Source: a virus. Taken from it: 18,673 bases of DNA. Location of the stretch: the IMG/VR virus record IMGVR_UViG_3300045988_025756, positions 1 to 18,673 of that record; one strand, given 5' to 3'. The position numbers and the translations under genes were made by a program. Position 1 is the first letter of the stretch. Each line of letters starts with the position of its first letter. Below are positions 6,081 to 13,313 of the stretch, piece after piece. Below the pieces are notes generated by a model. That model saw only the letters and a list, made by a program, of their open reading frames with translations. It was not told where the DNA came from and searched no databases.

Positions 6081-6716
6081 TTATCCTTTCCTATCGAAAT
6101 TGTCGGCGGTCGGATTGCGTTCGACATAGCGCGCATCGGCCTCGGATTGCGTGATGTACGCCATGTCGGCGGGCGGATTCTCGGGCATGGATTTCCCGTA
6201 GGGGAATTGGGTTCGGCCCGGAAAGTCGCCGGGCACGCAATTGTCCACTGCGGTTGCCCTCAGGTCATATTCACGTGCCTTCAGCGACAGCCCGTCGTAC
6301 TCCTGCGCGGTCAACCGCATGTTGTCATAGTCGCCCCAGAACAATCCGTGATTGCGCGCATTGTCATACATGCCGCCAAGCACGTCCCCGAGCGGCTGCG
6401 TGGTACCGTACACCGGAGAGGTTGCCACGCCCTGCTGTTCCATCTCATGAATCAGAGCCAGCAGTTCCGCGCGTAAATCGGCCATAGCCTTGTTGATTTG
6501 CGCCACGGTATCCGCAAGCGCCTTGTCCACGGATGCCGCGAGGTCGGTGGTGGTCTCCTCCAGTCTGCTCAAATCGCATTGGAGGGTATCGAGATTATGG
6601 CGTAGACATTCAATCAACTGCAACGTGGTCAATCCGTCCCGATACGTGAAAGGAACCGACGTGGGCACCCCGTCAAACAAGCATTGCCGTGGAATCATCG
6701 CGTGAATGGCAACCAT
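6081..6716 (-). CDS. Tail-associated structural protein with a central coiled-coil (function unknown)
   Basis: The ORF lies between the lower-collar and fibre genes. GGGAG lies 5 nt before the ATG at 6716, although the ORF track start at 6728 is also possible. The segment LDTLQCDLSRLEETTTDLAASVDKALADTVAQINKAMADLRAELLALI looks helical. Confidence 0.55.
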   Translation of the reverse strand: MVAIHAMIPRQCLFDGVPTSVPFTYRDGLTTLQLIECLRHNLDTLQCDLSRLEETTTDLAASVDKALADTVAQINKAMADLRAELLALIHEMEQQGVATSPVYGTTQPLGDVLGGMYDNARNHGLFWGDYDNMRLTAQEYDGLSLKAREYDLRATAVDNCVPGDFPGRTQFPYGKSMPENPPADMAYITQSEADARYVERNPTADNFDRKG

Positions 6717-6718
6717 GA

Positions 6719-7513
6719 TTACTCCCATTCTCCATAATTATGGCAGTTACTGAAAATAGTATCATACGAGCCCCACACCTGCATGAAACACGGTTCGAGG
6801 CTTCGCACGATTTCCATGTCCACGTTGATGATGGCGTTACGGTATTCTTGTATGAGGCTCATGGCGCTCTGGGAGCGGCCCGACGTGTGGGATTTGGTGC
6901 TCCCATCTGTAGCGTCGGGTTGCCATTCCGTGCTGGATGTACTATGGGACTGGGAAGAGGTATCTTGCGTGCTATGGCTACTGCCGTCCGTATCCGCTTG
7001 CGCCTGATTGGCATGAGTCGCGTATCGAGCAAAATCACCTTGCACGCCGGTTGCGGGCACTTCCGAGTCGTAAGACTGGGACTTGGTGCTACTTGAGCTG
7101 GTGCCGTCCGAAGAGCTTCGGGTCGCACTATCCTGAGAGGCGCTGGTTTTGCCGCTGGACTGGGCTACAGTATTGGACAGGCTTTCACTGACCATTTCTA
7201 TAGTGTTCAATGGGTCATATTTCAAAGCTAGCGTCCTGTAGCGCTCATTAAAATATGGCATGATTTCCGACATCGTCATCCCCAGATAAAAGATGAACTG
7301 TTGCGCGGTTTCCTGTCCTATCTCCCGAAGCGCGTAATGGCGAATGATTTTCTCGTTCAATTCCGCGCGATGACCTTCATCGTAAATCGGGTAATAGTCG
7401 GCGCTGAGATGCAGTTCGGCGTCCGTGTCGTATCCGAACGCAATGAGATTGCCCAATGTTTCCGTGTATTCGCCGGGCGTTGCCATCGCATAGGCGCTGA
7501 AATCCTGTGTCAT
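6719..7513 (-). CDS. Lower collar protein (phi29 gp11 position) with a Ser/Thr-rich insertion
   Basis: The gene lies immediately after the portal (TAATG overlap), as gp11 follows gp10 in phi29. The N-terminal YPIYDEGHRAELNEKIIRHYALREIGQET...EIMPYFNERY resembles lower-collar proteins of small podophages, from memory only. Confidence 0.6.
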   Translation of the reverse strand: MTQDFSAYAMATPGEYTETLGNLIAFGYDTDAELHLSADYYPIYDEGHRAELNEKIIRHYALREIGQETAQQFIFYLGMTMSEIMPYFNERYRTLALKYDPLNTIEMVSESLSNTVAQSSGKTSASQDSATRSSSDGTSSSSTKSQSYDSEVPATGVQGDFARYATHANQAQADTDGSSHSTQDTSSQSHSTSSTEWQPDATDGSTKSHTSGRSQSAMSLIQEYRNAIINVDMEIVRSLEPCFMQVWGSYDTIFSNCHNYGEWE

Positions 7514-8469
7514 TACAATACACCTCCGATACCCGCGTCGTATGACGCGGGCATGTCGATATCAGTTGTACCATTGGCGCTGGAATCCAGCGCGTTGGGC
7601 ACTCCGGAGCTTTGCGCGTCCGCATACTCCACCCACACGTTCAGTTGCGGCCACAATCGGTTGATTTCGGTCGCCGCCGCCTGCCGCGCCTTGAGAAAAC
7701 TCAAACGAAACACGTCTACCTTTTCATTGGCTTGCGCCACCTCATCGGAAATGAGCCGTTCTTTTTTCTCGGTGCCGCTGGACTGGATGCCCAAATACCC
7801 CAGCACCTCGTTGGTTACCTGCGCTTTCTGCTGTACAAACTTGTCCAGCAGATACGGGGTCGTGTTGGGCCACGGCTGGAACATGCTACCGGGGTCCAGC
7901 GAATCGTATCCGATAATATAGTCCTGACCATCCTGCCGCTGTTGCAACATGTTTTGCACGGTGAGCTTGGTACGCGGGTCGGCGGTGATGATAGTGGGAA
8001 GTTTCAGGCTCTCCAAATTGACGTCATACGCCTTGTCAATGTCCGCCAATCGTCGCGCGTACTGCCATAGGATGTCCTTGAATGACATGCGCATACGATT
8101 ATCCCAAATGGGGATGCATTCCCGGCCCGCCTTGAGCTGCTTATAATGGTAGTTGACGCCCACCGGCTCGAAGCACGTCGGATTATTGTAGACGTTCAAT
8201 CGGCCTTGATATCCGGCCTGTGTCACGAGGAACCGGCCTATACGTTTGTCCTCGAAAAACAACGCGCAACCGTATTCGCACAGACACATTTCCAGCCATC
8301 GCTCATCCACGGTCGGCGGCAGCCCCCGCCAACTGAACCGGTTCAAAGCCAGTTCCGCCAGCAAATGATAGTACATTGCGTCAAGGTCGGCGGCGCGCGC
8401 CTTGGCGTAATTGCCACGCGGATGCAACGCGCCGCCCCTACGATTCTGATTTTTCCTCGACCTAGACAT
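7513..8469 (-). CDS. Portal / upper collar connector protein, phi29 gp10-like
   Basis: [31 protein letters not shown] matches phi29 gp10 [51 protein letters not shown] matches [20 protein letters not shown]. The N-terminus is basic. Confidence 0.92.
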   Translation of the reverse strand: [318 protein letters not shown]

Positions 8470-8484
8470 GCCTCTAGTATAGCA

Positions 8485-10734
8485 CTAGAATGAGATGCCC
8501 GGCAATGGGTCGTTATCCGCCCAATCGGTCACGCCGATATCATCCGGGTTAGTCCATATAGTAGCCCCAGACTCGAACACGCCTTTAATGGTCTGCCGAT
8601 ACTGCTCGGGCAAATCACCTCGCACGTAACACTCTTGCATCTGCCAGTAGGTGAATTTTGTCATACATTCCAGCGATTGCGGCGGCGTGATGAAACGCTG
8701 GATAAAATACCCGTAACGCAACATGTACTCTCCGACGCTCCGCAGAGCTGAGGGTGCGCACGTCTTAAATCGAACCAACACCCCGACAATACCGTTCGCG
8801 AGGTTAAAACCGTCTCCGCCGATGGCACCGGATGTGGTCGGGGGTGTTAATTGCATCTGCTGTACCTGTGCATTGATACCCGCAATGGTGTTTTGATAGT
8901 CTCCGAACGCGGAACGTTGCGCGTAATCCGCGTTCATATCCGCCATATTTTGGGCCAACTGGTTTGAAAGCGCTGTAGTCTGAGAGCCGTATGTGTTGGC
9001 CTGACTTGTTGTGGCCGCGTTGGTACTCAGCGAGTTCGCCGTGGAAAGTTGGGCGGCGGTATTGTTGATACTGCGGTTTGCTTCAGTGTTGACACCATTC
9101 ATGACCGCACCGCCTAATGCCGATACCGCGCCCCCGACATTGCCCGAAGCGGCGTTACCCGCCACCCCGACCACGCCGTTAACCACGTTATTCAGCTGTG
9201 CGAGGTCAGCTCGCTGATTGTTGATATACGTCGTGTTGTCCAGACTGGTGTTAAGCGAGGTTGCTTGTATCGCGTTATTGGCGTTGCGGTTGCCGATAGC
9301 GAGTTTGTTGGCTTGGGTATTGTACTGGTTTTGCATGGCCGTGGCCGCGAGAGACTGACTGATGCCCATCTGCGCTTTTTGGTACGCCCAGTCAGCGGAC
9401 TGTTGGCTGTAGGAACGAGTGTAGGCACTGTTTGCCATTGCCAACTGTGCGCCATTGTTGACTATCACAAATTGAGGGAAATTGCTGATGCCAAACGCGG
9501 CGTCCAACATTTCCCCGCTATCAATGGGCAACCCATTGTTTTTATCAAGAGGAGCAATCTCGCTTGCACCCGCCTTATTGTACCCAACCGGGTAAAAGTT
9601 CAAGCGCGCGCCATTGGGCGCGTAATTATGCACCTCTCTAATAACCAGATTATCGCTTTGGATATTTTCGGGCTTATAGGTGATATTAGTGCCATTCAAG
9701 CAAGTGCATTCAACAGTAGAATAGGGGTAGCATTTGAGTTTTTTAAGGTTTTTATAACGTTTAGGGATATTAAAATTATCACGAAAATCATTAATGGTAA
9801 TAATGTCTTCATATCTGCTGGGCGCATTTGTGGCCGACTGGGGGAAACGGTAGATACGATTATTTAATTCCGAAGGGAGTGTTTTCCCAAACAGCTTATC
9901 TACGACATAGCCGGATTGCTTAAGAAAGTCATCATCTAAAGAGGGTATCATGTACATGTTTACAATACCCTGTGTTATCCATGAAAAAGTAGAGCCCACT
10001 CCCATAAACACTTGGATAGACTGGATGTCCTTAAAGTACAGTATTTCAGCACCGTTAGCCATGTTCTCAAACAGAGAGCCGCCCGCAGTAGTGAGAGACG
10101 GTTTTTCCTGACTGCCCGCGTCCGCTGACAAATCTACCGTGCTCACGACTATTACGCCGTAATTCAGATTTTTCCCGTCCATGCTGATAAGAGACTTGTA
10201 CTGTTGGATTACCGTCACCATTTCGCTACCGGTGTCCAGCCCTTCGGGTAGTGCGAGATAACTGCGACCATAATCGGTCATCTGGTTTTCGTTGGCAATG
10301 CCGATATGGCCCCGCACCACATAGCATGAACCAAACCTAAGTACATGCTGGAACGACTGCCAAACGTCCAACTGTACAGTGAGCTGAGTAGTGTACGCAT
10401 TGATGTAATCCACGTGGTTGATGAAATAATACCAATACCGTGGCGCTTCCAAGTCGGGGTAGTCGTTATACACCACGACATAGTTGTAGTTGGACGCCTC
10501 GTTAAATGGCAGTTCGACGCGCACGGGTTGGCCGAACATGTGCATGACTCCATGCACCCTGTCAATGCCGGGCCGTCGGTCGAACCATTCCTGTTGTTTC
10601 TGCGGTGATTCGAACCGGGCTAGGTCACGGTAACTACTATCCCACGGCACGTTACAGAGTTTCAGCGACGTGTTGGGCGTCCATTGAGCCCAGTTAAACG
10701 TCGCCTCGACGTTAGGGTTGATATCTCTCAGCAT
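8485..10734 (-). CDS. Tail knob / distal tube protein, phi29 gp9-like
   Basis: N-terminal similarity: CNVPWDSSYRDLARF...WF versus ADVPFSNDYKNTRWF...WF, and WYYFINHVDYINAYTTQLTVQLDVWQSF versus [31 protein letters not shown]. C-terminal similarity: RYGYFIQRF...IKGVFESGATIWTNPDDIG versus KYGYKINRV...IRTIFDNGITLWHTDNIG. A Gly/Ala-rich loop (VVGVAGNAASGNVGGAVSALGGAV) resembles the gp9 membrane-active loop. I moved the start to ATG 10734 (SD AAAGGGA), because the upstream 14 codons are only the parS palindrome. Confidence 0.88.
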   Translation of the reverse strand: MLRDINPNVEATFNWAQWTPNTSLKLCNVPWDSSYRDLARFESPQKQQEWFDRRPGIDRVHGVMHMFGQPVRVELPFNEASNYNYVVVYNDYPDLEAPRYWYYFINHVDYINAYTTQLTVQLDVWQSFQHVLRFGSCYVVRGHIGIANENQMTDYGRSYLALPEGLDTGSEMVTVIQQYKSLISMDGKNLNYGVIVVSTVDLSADAGSQEKPSLTTAGGSLFENMANGAEILYFKDIQSIQVFMGVGSTFSWITQGIVNMYMIPSLDDDFLKQSGYVVDKLFGKTLPSELNNRIYRFPQSATNAPSRYEDIITINDFRDNFNIPKRYKNLKKLKCYPYSTVECTCLNGTNITYKPENIQSDNLVIREVHNYAPNGARLNFYPVGYNKAGASEIAPLDKNNGLPIDSGEMLDAAFGISNFPQFVIVNNGAQLAMANSAYTRSYSQQSADWAYQKAQMGISQSLAATAMQNQYNTQANKLAIGNRNANNAIQATSLNTSLDNTTYINNQRADLAQLNNVVNGVVGVAGNAASGNVGGAVSALGGAVMNGVNTEANRSINNTAAQLSTANSLSTNAATTSQANTYGSQTTALSNQLAQNMADMNADYAQRSAFGDYQNTIAGINAQVQQMQLTPPTTSGAIGGDGFNLANGIVGVLVRFKTCAPSALRSVGEYMLRYGYFIQRFITPPQSLECMTKFTYWQMQECYVRGDLPEQYRQTIKGVFESGATIWTNPDDIGVTDWADNDPLPGISF

Positions 10735-10759
10735 ACTATCCCTTTCATAAAGAAGGGAG

Positions 10760-10775
10760 TGTTTCACGTGAAACA
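10760..10775. promoter_or_regulatory. parS: parS site, perfect consensus palindrome
   Basis: TGTTTCACGTGAAACA. Flanking GGGAG/CTCCC extend it to a 26-bp perfect palindrome (10755-10780). It lies in the capsid / tail-knob intergenic gap. Confidence 0.85.
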
Positions 10776-10797
10776 CTCCCTTTTATTATATCGCAGA

Positions 10798-10908
10798 TTA
10801 GGCGACTGTCAGTGCCTGACCGCTGACACCGAACAGCGCTGCCGTCAGCTTGGTGGAACCGGCGGCCACTCCAGTGACTAGGCCGGTATTGTCCACTAGG
10901 GGTTCGCG
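10798..10908 (-). pseudogene. Relic 3' fragment of a Big_2 (Ig-like) domain coding sequence
   Basis: The minus-strand frame reads REPLVDNTGLVTGVAAGSTKLTAALFGVSGQALTVA-stop. This parallels the capsid C-terminus VSESGVITGVKAGTSDISATLFGVSGKKQVTVS-stop. The frame opens just after a TGA and has no ATG or SD. Confidence 0.65.
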
Positions 10909-10941
10909 TCATCAATCATCATCCAACCTCCGGTATGACAA

Positions 10942-10974
10942 AGCCCGGAGCGCTCACGTGGCTTGCGCTCCGGG
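10942..10974 (-). terminator. Second hairpin downstream of the capsid gene (terminator candidate)
   Basis: An 11-bp stem (GCCCGGAGCGC / GCGCTCCGGGC) with an 11-nt loop. On the minus strand it is followed by TTTGTCAT. Confidence 0.6.
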
Positions 10975-10996
10975 CCTTGTCCTGCATCACACCGTG

Positions 10997-11024
10997 AGAG
11001 AGGGTAGCCAGTCAGCTACCCTCT
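10997..11024 (-). terminator. First hairpin downstream of the capsid gene (terminator candidate, no U-tract)
   Basis: An 11-bp stem (GAGAGGGTAGC / GCTACCCTCTC) with a 6-nt loop. It starts 10 nt after the capsid stop codon (11035-11037). Confidence 0.55.
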
Positions 11025-11034
11025 CATTGTATCA

Positions 11035-12762
11035 CTAGGATACTGTCACCTGCTTCTTACCGGACACGCCGAACAGCGTGGCGGAGATATCAGAGGTGCC
11101 CGCCTTGACGCCCGTGATAACACCCGACTCGGACACGGTGGCGTTGGCCGGGGTGCCGGATGTCCACGCGGCCTGCGCGGTCACGTCGGCGGTTCGACCG
11201 TCAATCATGGTCGCCGTAGCGGTCGCCTGTGCCGTATGACCCACAGTCACACCCGAGGCATTGACGGCAATCGACGCGATGATAGACGGATTGAATCCGA
11301 TGACGCCATCGCCGACCACCGGCACACTCAGAGCGGCGGACACGGTGTCCGGCACTTCCGGCGTCGCCGGATTCGTATACAGGGCGGTAGCCGTGACCGG
11401 AATAGCGGTGTTCGGTTCGTCAAGACCGACCACCAGCACGCCGGTGGGCGAAATGTACGTGTAATCGCTCTTCGGCTTGGCGGTGTCGCCAATACGATAC
11501 TCAACCGCATTCGAGCGGAACGTGGCCGTGCCATCGTTGGTAATGGTCGTATCGGCAGTGACCTGCACCGCTCCGCCACGCGCCACGTTCTCCGGCGTGG
11601 TCGAACCGCCGCCGTACATAGCGAGCTTAAGTTGGAAGGTCGGCGTCTTGGCCGTCGTACCGGTAGGTGCCACCACGTTCGTGGTGGCGCCCTTTCCCGT
11701 CCAGAACATGATGGCGGGGGCGAAGCCGGACACGCTAATGATGTGCTGGATATGCAGGTAATGGTTGACCGAATTGATGTTGACCGGGTTAACCTGCTGG
11801 GTCATCCCGCTGATAACGGGAATGTCAATGAGGAGCTTGTCCGTGGTGAGGATGGCCTGCACGCCGTCCATGTCGAACTTGTCTTGCGGGATGACGATAA
11901 TCCGGTCGATGGTCGGCTCGGCGTCCGTGCGCTGGAACACTGTGGCAAGGCCCTGCACGTCAAGCGCGGACTTGACTTCGGGCGAACAGAACAACACGAG
12001 TTCGTCCGGGCGGGCGAACGTCGGCATGTGACGCGCATTATACCGGGTGCTGACAAACTTCAGAGTGTCCGCCCATGCGCGAATCTGACGCAACATGTCG
12101 CGGGCGTCCGTTTCCGTCGAACCCATGTTATTGAGGTCATGCTCCATGTGGACACGCCAATAGCCGCCGAGCTTCGCATACTCGACGAACTGGTGGCACA
12201 TGGCCTCAAAAAGGTCAACCTCGGCGGCATTGTAACAGGAGGTGAGAATCTGGGAAGTGAGCGAGGCCAGACCGTTTTCGGACGTAAAGGCACGCTGGAG
12301 CGTCTTATCAGCCGTGGTCGCCGGATAGAAATGGGCAAAGTCCAGACGGTGATAGAGCGAATCCACGTCGATTTTCCACTTGCGGAAATTATCCGCGCCG
12401 AGATATTCCGCGTCCGGGTCATAGACCTGAGCGAGCGGCATGCCCACGGCGATTTCCTGCCACGTGTCGCCATACGCCTGAGATGCACGCTGGAACACGC
12501 TCAGCGGGTTGTTCCAACGCCACGTGTTCACGTAGGTGCCGCCGATACGGTTCACCAGCGCCGAATAAAACTCGTTCTTCAGTTGGGTGGATGACATGAG
12601 GGTGGCCATCTGCCTATCCATGTTCATCTGGGTGGCCGAGGGCATACGCCGCTGATATTCGGGTGATGCCTCGTTACGAATCATATTGAGAATCTGTGCG
12701 TTATTGAATTCGGTGAGCGGGCGAAGCTGCTGCTTCGGCGTCACCACTGGAGTGGTTGACAT
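11035..12762 (-). CDS. Major capsid protein (phi29 gp8 position) with C-terminal Ig-like Big_2 domains
   Basis: A large ORF directly after an acidic scaffold gene. The C-terminal ~180 aa look like Big_2 repeats (..ATVSESGVITGVKAGTSDISATLFGVSGKKQVTVS). The SD AGGAAGGA is present, and ATG 12762 is preferred over 12771 on spacing. The long antisense ORF is a shadow ORF. Confidence 0.85.
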   Translation of the reverse strand: MSTTPVVTPKQQLRPLTEFNNAQILNMIRNEASPEYQRRMPSATQMNMDRQMATLMSSTQLKNEFYSALVNRIGGTYVNTWRWNNPLSVFQRASQAYGDTWQEIAVGMPLAQVYDPDAEYLGADNFRKWKIDVDSLYHRLDFAHFYPATTADKTLQRAFTSENGLASLTSQILTSCYNAAEVDLFEAMCHQFVEYAKLGGYWRVHMEHDLNNMGSTETDARDMLRQIRAWADTLKFVSTRYNARHMPTFARPDELVLFCSPEVKSALDVQGLATVFQRTDAEPTIDRIIVIPQDKFDMDGVQAILTTDKLLIDIPVISGMTQQVNPVNINSVNHYLHIQHIISVSGFAPAIMFWTGKGATTNVVAPTGTTAKTPTFQLKLAMYGGGSTTPENVARGGAVQVTADTTITNDGTATFRSNAVEYRIGDTAKPKSDYTYISPTGVLVVGLDEPNTAIPVTATALYTNPATPEVPDTVSAALSVPVVGDGVIGFNPSIIASIAVNASGVTVGHTAQATATATMIDGRTADVTAQAAWTSGTPANATVSESGVITGVKAGTSDISATLFGVSGKKQVTVS

Positions 12763-12784
12763 GATAATCATTCCTTCCTAATCA

Positions 12785-13126
12785 CTAGTCTTCAAATAGG
12801 TCATCGAATGTACTGTAGGTGCCGTTGTAGTCATCGTCGGTCATTTCAGCCGATTCCGGCGTCGCGTTATCATCCGGGCCGTCGTTGAGCACATGGTCGG
12901 CTGCCGCGTCGCGCATCGCCTCAATGGTTTTGGACAATTCCGCCACGGTCGCTTCCAAAGCGCTGAGACGGTCGGCCATGTCGGCGGTCTTGTCGTCGCC
13001 TGCGTCCTCGGGTTCGCCGTCGTCCTGCGTTTCGGGCTCCGGGTTCGGCGTATTGTCATCGGCGGTCGCGTCCGGTTCGGCGTCGGGCGTGGTGTCCGGC
13101 TTGTCATCGTTTTCGGTATCGTCCAT
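12785..13126 (-). CDS. Scaffolding protein (acidic, helical core)
   Basis: About 113 aa, extremely rich in D/E with a central helical segment (ADRLSALEATVAELSKTIEAMRDAAA). It lies immediately upstream of the capsid gene, as phi29 gp7 does. The SD AAGAGG lies 5 nt before ATG 13126. Confidence 0.65.
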   Translation of the reverse strand: MDDTENDDKPDTTPDAEPDATADDNTPNPEPETQDDGEPEDAGDDKTADMADRLSALEATVAELSKTIEAMRDAAADHVLNDGPDDNATPESAEMTDDDYNGTYSTFDDLFED

Positions 13127-13146
13127 AATCACCTCTTAAAGTAGGG

Positions 13147-13174
13147 GGCATGGCAGCAATCACGCTGCCATGCC
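13147..13174 (-). terminator. Hairpin at the early/late junction (attenuator or terminator candidate)
   Basis: An 11-bp stem (GGCATGGCAGC / GCTGCCATGCC) with a 6-nt loop, ending ~15 nt upstream of the scaffold SD. No U-tract follows. Confidence 0.4.
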
Positions 13175-13313
13175 GAATTGCTAGGCTGTGCGGGCTCCTT
13201 CGCCGTCGCTGGGCGCTGGCTGCGCACGTCTACTTCCGACCGAATCGCCTTACCGACTTGCCTCACGGTCGGGCCATCGAATCGACTTGGGACGCACACC
13301 CCGCTACCAACTA

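Noticed and set aside
10394-10409. Other CACGTG-centred sequences (for example TAATCCACGTGGTTGA here, and also near 6270, 10955, 12465 and 16125) as possible extra parS sites
   Set aside because: They match only the CACGTG core or one half-site and have too many mismatches to the 16-bp consensus. Only the three sites at 4641, 10760 and 14436 are convincing. The half-site at 14398 is mentioned in a finding but not called.
10735-10776. N-terminal extension MFHVKHSLLYERDS of the tail-knob ORF
   Set aside because: It starts at a GTG inside the parS palindrome with no SD. FHVKH is simply the translation of TTTCACGTGAAACAC. A proper ATG with an AAAGGGA SD follows at 10734.
11236-12594. 452-aa plus-strand ORF antisense to the capsid gene, and many shorter Arg/Gly/His-rich antisense ORFs across the core
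   Set aside because: These are typical shadow ORFs of GC-rich coding sequence. They have no SD and a biased R/G/H/P composition, and they lie fully within well-supported minus-strand genes.
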